A stretch of 63,004 nucleotides of DNA, the filler included, from Kipferlia bialata (lineage: Eukaryota): assembly GCA_003568945.1 (NCBI GenBank). It is 5 parts of 5 records of this genome, joined end to end, with 100 filler letters (N's around TTAATTAATTAA, not from the genome) between each part and the next. Parts side by side here need not be neighbours in the genome. Positions count along the whole stretch, not along the records: positions 9,468 to 24,452 come from BDIP01000754.1; positions 24,553 to 39,519 come from BDIP01000755.1; 3 more parts are not named here. One strand, 5' to 3'. The notes below the pieces were generated by a model. The model did not search any database, had not been told where the DNA came from, and worked only from the letters and a program-made list of their open reading frames with translations. The position numbers and the translations under genes are program-made. Below are positions 11,697-24,669 of the stretch, in pieces (the first letter of the stretch is position 1; each line of letters begins with the position of its first letter).

Positions 11697-14600
11697 CTAT
11701 CTAGAGAAGTGCTTCCGAATGGCCTCTGTTATGGCATTGGCTCTGTTGGTGAGATATAGTCTGTGGAAGTGTCACATACAAAATAGTATATATTATATGA
11801 ACATTGTATTGTCATAATTGGTAAGAATATCATTAGTTTGCAAGTGGTACAGTCATAAAATAGGAAGAATGTGAACATGGAGAGAGAGAGAGAGAGAGAG
11901 ACATACCTCTCTCTACTCATGGCCCTGACTGGAGAGTGGAAGGATAGACGGAACCCTCTGTGGTGGCACTTGGTCCTGAAGGGTCAATATCTACACATCT
12001 AATAGATACAAATATACATAAATCACACAATCAATACATATACATATATATATATATACTGTATGATCAATAGACGGAACCCACGGTGGTGGCACTTGGT
12101 CCTAAGAAGTCAGACAGTATATAGTCAATAGCATATACCAAGAATAGATACAAATGTAGATAGAAACTTGTAAATTGAATATAATCACCCACTTTGGATG
12201 AACGAAGTCATCGAACACTGTGCATGATGTGAGCTCTACCATCTGTCTCTGCAGGTATAGAGTGAGGTCAGCTCTGAACGCATCGTTGTTGAAAGGGGTG
12301 GATGTGCCTCTCGCTCCCTCTCTCTCAATGACGAGGGAGACATCTCTCTGGGATAAGAAGAAAGAGACAAATACATGGATAAATCGGGTGTAAGTAGCAA
12401 ATACATATATCAGGGGAGATAGAGGATATAGTGACAGAAAGAAGAACTAATGAATTGGCATTGAGGACATAGACAAAGAGAGACAGAGACAAAGAGAGAG
12501 AGGAAGATACCTGGAATAGTAAGGGGTGCAGGCAAGGTGTGTCAGCTGATGCCACACCAACAGTGTCAGCGGAATATGGGGTGTAGGACTCTCTGACAAA
12601 CACATGGGTCATGCTATCTCCAGAGAGGAACCTGATCATTAGAGGGAGAGAGATCCATATTGACACAAGTATATATACATACATTAGATATATATATATT
12701 TTTATATACATTAGAGAGAGACAGATATATATAGAGTATACAATTGAACATTATAAGGATAGACAATGAATACACTGTGTACCTCTGTCCCGTGTTCTGG
12801 TAGCCACATGGGTGGTACCCCAGTGCTCTGAAGGGCTCCAGGGGGAATGGGTAAAGGGCCTAAGTCAGGAGAGAGAGAGACAGAGAGAGAGACATAATAG
12901 ATATGTATACCTTCAGAATCAATCCGCTCTACTCATGTCATGTATTCATATATCGTATATAGTACACACATTACTATTATTGTATACACATATGTGTGTA
13001 GGCTATATATACCTTTAAGATCAACCCGCTCTGCCCTGTCATGTCATGTATCTGCCACATTGAACATATGCATATATATACAATATTGAGCATACTTACT
13101 CATGTATTAATGATATATAACTATACCTTAAGAATAAGTCCACCCTGCCCTGCCAGGTCCTGTATCTGCACCCTTATTACACATAGATACAGTACCATAC
13201 ATTCATAGTCATATACATTGATACATACCTTCAATATGAGTCTACCGTGCCATATCACTCTCGCTCACTATATACAACACAATATGTATATGTTGTAAGT
13301 GTATTCACTAACACATGGTAATGGTATATACCTTTAAGACCAACCCGCTCTGCCCTGCCATGTCCTGTATCTGCCACGTGTCCTCATAGCGTCTGAGGGG
13401 TGAGATATATAGTACTTAGACACTACTGCAAGTGAATATATATACAACATGTATATCCTGTATCTGTCAGGTGTCCTCATAGCGTCTGAGGGGTAAGATA
13501 TATAGTACAGAGACCCTTTGCATGTGAATATACAGTATATACACTACATGTATATACTGTATCTGCCACGTGTCCTCATAGCGTCTGAGGAGTCAGGATA
13601 CTAACACCCACGCTATATAAGTGAATACAATACATTGTAATCTGTGGCTGATACTATTTGAAAGATGAATACCTAATCTCCGACTCCCCTGCTGTACCAC
13701 TCTTACAAAAATGTAGAATAGACATATATATATAGTATACTAACTGGACATATACATGTATGTATATGTTCAGAATGATACCTTATCTCTGAGTCCCCTG
13801 CTGTCCCGCCCTGACTATACAATGTATATGTATACTCAATGTAACAACTTATTGTTAAACTACAGTAGATAGTGTATTATACCTAATCTCCGAGTCCCCT
13901 GCTGTCCCGCCCTGGCCCCTGGCAAGGGTCATCCAGACCTGGTGTAAGAAATATATATATTAACAATTTTATACTAATGTATATTGACGCAAGGGTCACC
14001 CAGACCTACAACGAGTAAATACATCCAATAGAGAGTGATAGCGAGACCTTGGCATGGTATAAATCGATACATACCTCCCCTCCCTCCGCTAGAACTGCTC
14101 TCCCACCGTTCTCAGTACGGTCAATGGATGCTACTGCTGCAGCGAATGTGCCTCTGAGCAGGGATCTGTGGAGCTAGGGATTAGGACAGTAATAGATACA
14201 ATTAGATACTTACTATTTCAATATAATTTCTGTATATACTAACTATACTGATTCATTTCTGGTCAAAGTATACTGAAGAGAACTCGAATGTATAAGTACC
14301 ATAGTGAATAATGCAACACCTGAATCTAATTTCTGGCCATTGGCCTCATAGTAACATATATCCCTTCATAAACGTTACTGTAAATGAACATTTGCATATA
14401 CAATTGCATCACCTGGATCTTGTTTCTGCAGGTATATATAAAGATAGATATGGGTAATGATTGCATACATACCTGGATCTTGTTTCTGGCCTTTGGTCTG
14501 GGTGGGAACTGGGGGAAGTTGAACACTACTCTGTCGAAGCCAGAGCTGGTGTTATCATGGAAGACTCGCCATTAATTACAATATACTTGAATTAATGAGT

Positions 14601-15284
14601 AGAAGTCGATCACTACTCTGCCGAAGCCAGAGCTGACATTAGGGGACACAAATATAAACACTATATATACAATGACTATACGAACGTATATCCATCGCTA
14701 TATATATACATATACCTAATTATACCCCCTAATACATACTAAATCACACACATACTATATGTCCATACCTTAAAATATCCTCTGGAAGTGTGTTGACTAT
14801 ACTTGTGGCGTCCACTCCATTACATCACAAACATTCTGTACAGAAGACTTCATCCCATACATTGATACAATATATACTAACTAGGTTAAACACCTTATAA
14901 TGTCCTCTGGCAATGTGTTGACAATGTCTGTGGCATCCACTCCATAACATACAGGGACCTGAGATAAGGTATGAGACTGTATGAGTATGCACACATTCAT
15001 ACATAGACGTGAAAGCATAGACACACATAGATTCCTGCCGTCCACACCATAGAACAGGGACCTGGGTAAGAGAGAAGGATGAGGTACACCATACACTACT
15101 CAGTACTGTATATACTGTCACAAGTATTGAGAGAGAGAGAATGTTAGAGAGACACAGACAGGAAGAGACAGATAAAGAAGGTTAGAGAGAGAGAGAGAAA
15201 GCTCATTCACCTCATGTGCTGCTAGAGCGCAAGTGATATTATATATACTAACTCATATACCATTGCCAGATAGAGAGGGAGGGG

Positions 15285-15322
<38 letters not shown>

Positions 15323-15367
15323 AGACTCACTCACCCCCTTTGCTGCCAGTCTGGCTATGTTGGATGC

Positions 15368-15407
<40 letters not shown>

Positions 15408-15885
15408 TATGACTCACTCACCCCCTTTGCTGCCAGTGTGGCTATGTTGGATGCGTATATAGAGAGGTAGAGAGACAGAAAAGAATAGTAATATAGAATA
15501 GTAATATATAGAGAACACTCACCCCCTTTGCTGCCAGTCTGGCAATGTTGGATGCTGCCTCGGGGTAGCTGGGGTAAGGCATATCCATAAGGCATGGTAA
15601 CACAACACATATCACTCCATACCTTGCTAGGAGCACCTCCTCCGAATCATAACAGGTTGCTGTGAGGGATACTGCCATCCCAGTACTCATCCCCTCCCCC
15701 TTAGAGAGAGAGAGAGTGCTCAGCATGCTGACACTGAAGGAGAAGTCACCATCACCCAGCACCAGCACTCTAGGCACTCTCTCTCTCTCTCCACTCATAC
15801 CAGCATCCCCCAGTGCACTAACACAGTCACTGGCTACATCTAGACCCAGATTGAGAAGGGAGACTGCACCAGCTGGGTCAGACAT
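11697..15885 (-). CDS. FDXACB1: FDXACB1-like protein: DUF2431 (Bmt5-like rRNA methyltransferase) plus C-terminal FDX-ACB domain
   Basis: VLVLGDGDFSFS, LTATCYDSEEVLLARYPEAASNI, YGVDAT, FDRVVFNFPQ, VWMTLARGQGGT, DTWQIQDMAGQSGLVL, GYHPCGYQNTGQRF..MTHVFVR, FDDFVHPK; ATG 15885, TAG 11699-11697. Confidence 0.85.
12911..13592 (-). repeat. Exon-echo cluster around FDXACB1 exon 13392-13332
   Basis: Four copies of exon 3' end plus GT (ending 13229, 13127, 13013, 12911) and two copies of acceptor plus exon 5' end (~13456-13490, ~13557-13592). Confidence 0.92.
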
Positions 15886-16177
15886 GTGTTCAAAGAGAGA
15901 CCCCTCACTATTCAAGATCTTAGGTTAGGTCTATAATTACCTACACCCTCGTGATCTTTTTGTCTTGCTTGACCTGACCTTACACGTCACTCCTTACAGA
16001 AGCATATTGCACTCCTAGCTACTGCATCTTGCTTCTGTAGGACACTATTGCCTGCTTGACTCGAGTTTTAGGAGTGTACGCGTGGTAGTGCGCAAGTGGG
16101 ATCGTGAGAGTGAGAGAGAGAAACAGGGAAGGCCAAGAGAGCTTTGACGAGAGAGAGTGGGAGAGAGTAGGAGTGGT

Positions 16178-17856
16178 ATGTTCACCCAGGCTGTGTCTGA
16201 TGCCATACGAACAGAGGGGACCCTAGAGGACACGTATCAGGTTGGTGTGTGTATGCTGTATATACATATATACTTGTCATGATGGAGACTGGTATATATG
16301 TATATATATATGGTTGACTCATTAATGCTTGAAGGAGAGGACATGTGTATCAGACCTGTTTTCATTCATTTCGGACTGTCTAGCACCCCCCCCCCCAAAG
16401 CAACATCACATATTCATATGGGTGTTCTTTCTGAGTCAGGTTGTCATTTAGCAGGTGGTATCTCCCTCTCCCGTCTGTGGGTGTCTATGAACACGTAGTA
16501 TATCCCTCTGTTCTGACTGTTAGGCTGTCTATGAGCAAGTTGGTATCTCTCTCTCTCTCTCTCTCTCTCTGACGTCTCTATCTTTGTCTTTCTGTCTTCT
16601 GACTCTAAGGCTGTATATTAGGAAGTAATCTCACTCTCTCTCCCCTCTCTCTTCTGACTCCTAGGGTGTGTATGAGCAAGTGAGGCATGTTCACAAATAG
16701 TTCTCTCTTCTCTATCTATCATCCCCCCCCCTACCTCTCTCTACTGACTCCCAGGCTGTCTATGAGCAAGTCAGACATGTCCACACCAGAAACATGGACA
16801 TTCAGGCCCTACTTAAGCAGGTACATGTAAGAATATATATATGGAGAGAGAGAGAGAAAGGGAGAGAGAGAGAGGGCAGGAACATGGACATGCAGGCACT
16901 GTATATTTCTAACTATGTATACGTATACCTCTCACTTACATCAAGAGAGAATGTTATGAAGGAGTACCTCTCTCTCAGACATCGCAAACATGTGTATTGG
17001 AAGTCTTGTAATACCCTCTCACCCCCAGCGCAAGCTCCTGCCCAATGGTTTGACGCCCAACCAGGTATCATCACAGTCTATATACGCAGTGAATATTTTC
17101 ATACATTAGGATGAGTAAGTAGCATATACATATTGCTCTGTAATCCGTACTATGTTAACCACAGGTCAAGAGCATCCTCTATGAGCTGTCTGAGTTGGAT
17201 AGTAACAACGCCAAGGGACATGCAGGACTGGGGGAGAGGGAGGGGAGGTATGGTACATATATATATGCATTGTCTATTTGTGGATAAATGATTATATCGT
17301 GTTCTAATCTTTGGTTAGTGTCCTCTGTTGTGGAGGAGATGACACCTACAAACCTTCATATTATATGTGTGGTTTTGATGTTCTCTCTCTCTCTCTATAT
17401 ATATATATATGTTCATGTATACTTACCCCAGGTACCTGTCCCCTGTGGTGGAGGAGAGGACATTCGGCATAACTACTTGATATACCTAGTTTTAGATTAC
17501 TACCTGTATCTACATATACATATGTCTACCTATCCCAGGTACCTCTCCCCCGTTGTGGAGGAGACACATGCATTCCTACTCAATTAGTGACTTGTGAATT
17601 TCTACCTATACTACCTGTTTTAGTAACTCCCCCCCTTAGATACCTGTCCCCTGTGGTGGAGGAGAGGACACTTATCACACCATTGATATATAGTCTCAGT
17701 TATATAGTACTCCATATATATATCTATATAAATACGTTACTCACCCCCTTAGATACCTGTCCCCCGTTGTGGAGGAGAGGACATACGGCATGGCACACGG
17801 GATAGGGAGGTATGTATACTACTATGAAATGTTGATATTTACGTTAATAGTCACCA

Positions 17857-17899
<43 letters not shown>

Positions 17900-20800
17900 G
17901 ACATTCGGCATGGCACACGGGATAGGGAGGTACGGACATATGTGATTACGCATGTATGCGTGCCATATGTATATGTAGAAGTCTCTTGGTAAATATATGT
18001 TTGATAACTGACCCTTAAGGATTGGTAGGTATATATATGGTATCAATTCGTCTCTTTTTTATGTTTGCATTCTGACCCTCAGAGGTGGTGACCTTACAGC
18101 TGCCCAGCCCAAGGCAATAGGTGGGTGTACATCTTTCTATATTATTACGTTTACATATACATATATTCATAAATATTCTGGAATCTGGGCTCTACCCTGA
18201 TGTTCCTCTTGCCTTGACACATATACTCACATACATTATATGTATTGGTGCTCACATATATACACATATATGTCAGCATATGTATTTGTTGTCTCGTGAC
18301 TCACCCAGGCTCTACCCTGCTGTCCCTCCTGACCTCACGCATGGCACACGCAGCAGTGAGGTAATACATATATAGATATAGAGAGAGAGAGAGAGGGAGA
18401 GAAGGAGAGAAGGAGAGAGAGATAGTATCTGTTGACATCCCGCCTGGCACACGCAGCAGTGAGGTATTGTTTTAAGAATAATTGCAATCACTTCAATATA
18501 ATATATGCATAGAGCTATATAAGAGAGTCTCACCCCCATACAGGCTGGGTACACCAGTGTCAAGGAGACCACAGTGCTACCGGTGGCAACAGGTATATAT
18601 GCCTATATATTAGTATATAAATGTATTTCCTTGCATATGAACCTATGTCTCACTCCTTAGCATGTCCATTAAGCTCTCTCCCATCTCCATCATGCCGTAT
18701 ACCGCATATACATAGAGTATACATAGACATATATTTATATATATATGTATATGAATATACATCATCTAACCATTCAGGCATGTCCATCATGCTGTCCCTC
18801 CTGTCTCTTAGGTCCATACACCACTACATGTACATTGAGTATTTTATATGTATATACATATTAATTAGCTCTGTCTAATATCTAGGCATGTCCATCATGC
18901 TCTCTCTCCTGTCCCTCAGGGCCTTGAACCCTGGTGCAGACTCTGTCATATGGTGCAGATGTGACCAAAAGTCATGCCCAAAGGTATATAGTATATACAT
19001 ATGAAATTTACTAGGCATATGTGGGTGTGAATTTACATGTATCTCAGACCTGATATACCATAGTGTTTCTATTATGCATATACACATACACATCTGTATA
19101 TATTCAGATGGCAGCCCCACTCTTTGCCCAAGTTAACTACTAATCATATAAGGACATATTTATATATGTATGTGAATACACTTCTTACCGTAGGCTGTTC
19201 AGATGGCCGGTCTGACCCTTGTACCCGTTGATGGTATCCTGGAGACTAATCAGAGTAGAGAGGCGGAGAGAGTGGTGACTGACCTCACTGGTGTGGCCAG
19301 GGCCATAGAAAAGGTGTGGATACTCATTATACACTATTAGTTACTCTATTCTATTCCAATATTCTTTTTACTTCTGACCGGGGTGGCCAGAGCTATAGAG
19401 AAGGTATTGTTCCTCGTCTTACATATATACAAGTGTTGTAATAGAAAACATTGTAGTGTATTGATGTATTATATATATATATATGATATTATGAACGGGG
19501 TGGCCGGGGCTATAGAGAATGTTTACGCTTCTATGCAATATTTGGTAGGGATTGTCCTATGTATGTTATGCTCCACCTCTCTATAAACATATACATACAC
19601 GCTACATATATTTTACACTCGACCGGGGTGGCTATAGTGAAGGTGTGGATACATATTATTTAGAAATATACATATGTGTGTATGTGTGTGAAAGGCTAAT
19701 ACAAAGGAATCACTCCCCCGTGTCCTGTGTGTGATATGCATCACCTCTCCATCATATGTATTCACTACATGTTATACACATACTATGTATTTCTGATTAT
19801 TAGGTCACCCTCCCCCGTGTGTTGTGTGTCATATGCACCACCTCGTGCTTCAGTCCAAGGGAGCCAGACAGGGTGCCGGAGATAGCAGGTATATATACAT
19901 ATATACGAATGAGTTAATATATATATATAGAGAGATAGAGAGAGAGACAGATGTTTCAGTCCAAGGGAGCCAGACAGGGTGCCGGAGATAGCAGGTATAT
20001 AGCAATACTATACATGAATATATATGTATATATATACATGGGCAGAGAGAGATGGAGATAGAGAGAGAGCCAGACAGAGTGCTAGAGATGGCAGGTATAG
20101 TGCCAATATGTATACTGTACTGTATTTTTCTGACTTATAGGCATATGCAGTGTGCTCAACATACCTCTCCTTGTCAACAATGCCTATGGGGTGCAGAGTA
20201 AGACATATACATTATAGGTGTTACTCACTCATAGGCATATGTAGCATAACTGGTGTACATCTTCTGGTCAACAATGCCTATGGGGTGAAGTATATGAAAA
20301 GTGTGTATTCTATTGCTATGTGTAACTGACCCTTAGGCATATGTAGCATTACTGGTGTACCCTTCCTTGTCAACAATGCCTATGGGGTGCAGAGTAAGAC
20401 TGCGGCCAGGCTAATCAGCCAAGGCACACAGAAGATTCCAAGGTGCCCTACTCCAACACATTTCCTTCGATTGTGTGTGTGAATGAGTATGATAGAACAA
20501 TCGGTTCTTGTGATCTTTGCATATGTCTCCTAACGTCAGGTTGACTGACGATGTCCACTGTGTCCTGCAGCGACTGAAACCCGACGCATATATCACAAAT
20601 GGAAGTTCTCAAAGGCCATCACTCCCTCTTGATCTGAAAGGTACACATGTACTTGACAAACAGAGCACCGATAAACTAGCGATATATGTTTATGTATATA
20701 TATATGTACATATCATCTTATAGTAGGTCGAGTAGACCTAGTCATCCAGTCCCTCGACAAGAAGTCTTGTATACATCCATTAACCCATGCACATACTTAC

Positions 20801-23641
20801 ATACTTGTATAATAGATGTATAGACACAAGAATCTTCTAATACTAGGCCGCGTTGACCTAGTCATCCAGTCCCTCGACAAGAACTTCGGGGTGCCAGTTG
20901 GGGGTGCCCTACTCACTGCGCCAGGTATTATATTAGATAATACTATAATAGTACCATTATACATATATAGTGTATGTAGAGTATATTGTACATAATCTAC
21001 TTTTGGGGTGCCAGTTGGGGGTGCCCTACTCACTGCGCCAGGTAGAGTGTACATATACCTCAGCAGATGAATATATTCCTCCATTCTCTTAGATGGGCCC
21101 GCGCTCTACCCTCTGTCCTTTATCTGATATATATTTCTTTAAGTGTCCCTCCCTCTCAGTGGAAATCTCTCTCATCCCAGCCCGTACCCTTCCCTCCCAC
21201 CCACTTCTCCCATCCACTCTGTCCAGACAGGAGAGAGGGGTCATAATGAGGTATTGCTTCATATGGGTACTCATCGTGATTAATAACTTCTATTGTAGTC
21301 ACTCTAGTGTGACACTGACACCAGAGAAAGGGCCCAGTCTGACAAGGCAAAGAGAGAGCAGCCATCACTTTTGGCAAGGTATCTCATTAATCAGTTTGCG
21401 TCCCACAATATTCAACACACTTTCACGATATCCTTACCCCTGGCGCTGTTTCCTCCTACCTACGGCAGGGCATTTCTCTGTAATGTTGCACTAATCAGAA
21501 TACTTTGTATACAGAGTACACCTTCCCTTTCTTTACCCCAAGCCTCCTATTCATATATCACAATACATCTGACACTATAAATACAACAATAATTTCCTGT
21601 ATTCTTACGCGTAGGGTTGTGTCCTCCTGGCAGAGCATAGGTTGCATATCTCTATTTATGTGTTACATTATATATATATGTATATCCTCACCCCCTAGGG
21701 TTGTGTCCTCTTCCCCTGGCAAATGATCAAAGCGTATACACTATATTCATATCTATGTGAAGTATGCTTACCCTAGGGTTGTGTCCTCCTACCCTGGCAG
21801 GGCATCGGGGGCAGAAGTCATGGACTTGTTCTGTACGTGACTTGTTGTTGTGTTGCTGGGTCTGGAAAGTAAACACTCATCCTCATATTCTGTCTATTCT
21901 ATATTCTGTATAGTATACTAACAGTTTAGGCACCCTTCTGGGTCTTGGTGAGTCCGGTTGGAAAGAAGTCCTGGAGCAGAGGTGCGTTTTGGACATTACA
22001 TTCTATTCTCAATATGTAGCTGATTGACACTCCTTACACCAGGATAGATGTACGCGCCTACCTGACTGCTGAGGTCACGGTACTCTGCAACAGACACAGG
22101 TATGTCACTGTACACCAATATACACATACAGTTGTGGTAATTGCTGGTTGTGCATCGACCGCAATTTTTTTTGAGTGGGCGGCATATATCCAAACCGTGG
22201 TCACGTCACCCTGTTGCCCATCAAACACAATGTATATAAATGAACACACTATAAGCAGAAAATTGTATTGTGTGTCCATACATATGCTTGGGTACCCACA
22301 CCAGTGACCACCTCACTCTGTTGCCCATCAAGCACAATGACATCTCCTGTGCTGTAGTGTTCAAGGAGATGGGGGAGGATCAGTGCAAACAGGTATGATA
22401 TACTCATCTGTATACATAATAATGTATATACATAAATCATGCAGTAGTGTTCAAGCGATGGAGGAGGAACAGTGCAAACAGGTATATGATTGCTTATGTA
22501 AATACTACTCAACAAGTAGTGTCGTTGTTGACACTTTCTCACTCTCAGGTTGGCTCCCTCATGTTTGTGAGGGGTGTGAATGAGTTCATATGTACATATG
22601 TATATGATACAGTATATATATTCATGTGTATATAAATATCATTTATCATATATTTACCCTAAGGTTGGCTCCCGCATGTTTGTCAGGGGTGTGACTGAGT
22701 TCATATGTACATATGTATATGATATACGATATATATATGTTCATATGTATATAACTATTAAGTATCATATACTTACTCTAAGGTTGGCTCCCGCATGTTT
22801 GTCAGGGGTGTCACTGGGTCCAGGGTCTGGGTCACACAGACAGAGGACAAGGTATATATATATAAATATATATTATATATTTGTATTATTATTATATGTA
22901 TACATACGTTGTGTGTATTGTGTCAATGGGTCAAGGGTGTGGGTCACACAGGAGGAAGATAAGGTAGGCATGTAATCTAGATGAGTAGATAGGCAATATA
23001 TATACATTTCACATTCTATATATTACTGGGCCTCAGGTCTGGATCACACGACACGACAGAGGATAAGGTAGGCATAGGATATATATATATATATTGTGAT
23101 ATCTATGTTGTATATTATTATCACCTGGGCCCAGTGTTCTCTTCACACACTATCTCCGTCTACTTCTTGGACTGTATATTCCTAAAGATGAAGATAACAT
23201 GTTCAACCGCAATAACTCTTTTCAGACGGTAGGACCTGTATCCTTTACAGGGCATATTGTATTCATGCACGCATACGTGTGTACACTTCCCTTTTCATTA
23301 CAGAACTGTACTTATTCACTTACCCATCAGCTGATTGGCCCTGTCTCCTTCAGGGCCTGGGGATCCCATCACTCAGAGTGGACTGCCCCGTACATCACCT
23401 TCGCCACTGCTGTTGGAATGACAAGGTGAGATGTATGTATGCACTGGTATATCAATATTTCATATACTTCACGATTGACTCCTACGTATGTTTCTATTAC
23501 TCATACTTGTGTTCTATGTCTGCGTAGTATTGCATTCTACATATATCATATTTCTGTGTCTCTGACGTCAGGTCTGAGGTAGACAAGGGCCTCTCAGTCT
23601 TTGAGGAGTGCCTGCTCTCGGTGCTCAAGCAGCCCGTGTAA
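16178..23641 (+). CDS. SEPSECS: O-phosphoseryl-tRNA(Sec) selenium transferase (SepSecS), ~20 exons
   Basis: LDSNNAKGHAGLGEREGR, HGIGRGGDLTAAQPKAIG, VLPVATGMSI, WCRCDQKSC, TTSCFSPREPD, VNNAYGVQS, IQSLDKNFGVPVGG (PLP lysine), SYPGRAS, YITFATAVGM; ATG 16178, TAA 23639-23641. Confidence 0.95.
17432..17929 (+). repeat. Exon-echo cluster around SepSecS exon 17753-17809
   Basis: Acceptor plus 5'-half copies starting 17432, 17539, 17640; 3'-half plus GT copy 17900-17929. Confidence 0.92.
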
Positions 23642-24552
23642 TATAGACTACTTGGATGTTTTCATTCTCTCTCCATCACTCTTTCAATCTCCATTTGCTC
23701 TCAAGCAGCCAGTCACTAGCCCAATGTAGTATTCAACAGAATAGAGAGGAGAGTGTACAATTCATGCCAATAGTCCATAGTGGATGAGTGTCTGCTCTCA
23801 GTGGGTAGTTTGACACTGTCAAATTTACAGCTCTATTGGTAAGGTCGGGAGGAGGGTGGTTGCGGAACCAGCCTTTACCCGGATTCCGGGAAGTATAAGG
23901 TGTTTTGCCTTGCCTGGACTCCAGGCCCTGGCTATGCTCTAAACGACTTCAGATCCCTCTTCAAGGATGGAGAAAAGGAGGGAAGAATCGTTAGTGGCCT
24001 ATGATACCATCATTCTCCCTTCCCAACTTGGGAACAGCGACTGCATCATGCATATATTGGAGTGAAGTCAAACTTCCTGGAAACTTGCATATTTCGATGT
24101 TTGTCATCGACAATCAATTTAGTCACAATGAGTGAGTGATGTCTCAGGTCTATTCATAGAAATTTCTTCACGATAGCACTAAAGGCTATGGGAAATATCA
24201 TCATTTCAGGGCAAGAATACTATTCTTAGAATATACTAGTGCAGGTGCCGCACATACGTGGGGCAACGAAAGACACTAAGAGAACAGAGAGAATTTCCCT
24301 TAGAGAAAGGTGAAGGAAGAACAGAAAGAATAGAAGAACTACTGCACGCAGTGGCTGGTTCTTGTGAGGGAATGTGACCGCAGTATGCATGGTTCCCGAC
24401 CATACATGGCAACTAGTTCGAAAATCCCATTCATATTCGCGCGATTCATTCGNNNNNNNNNNNNNNNNNNNNNNNNNNNNNNNNNNNNNNNNNNNNTTAA
24501 TTAATTAANNNNNNNNNNNNNNNNNNNNNNNNNNNNNNNNNNNNNNNNNNNN

Positions 24553-24602
<50 letters not shown>

Positions 24603-24669
24603 TGGACAGTGATCAGAATTAACACACTGAATGCCTTGATACATGTATATATACTGTTCGACAACTAAC

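Noticed and set aside
19314..19803. Strictly nested (matched donor/acceptor) twintrons as a full explanation of echoes
   Set aside because: Decoy counts are unbalanced (three donor echoes vs one degenerate acceptor echo here), so matched nesting cannot be general.
23839..24405. RNase P P4 pair or MITE terminal inverted repeat (GGTCGGGA / TCCCGACC); U5-like GCCTTTAC at 23871
   Set aside because: Only an 8-bp perfect match over ~560 nt, no target-site duplication, RNase P consensus not met, and the U5 loop lacks a U and an evident Sm site.
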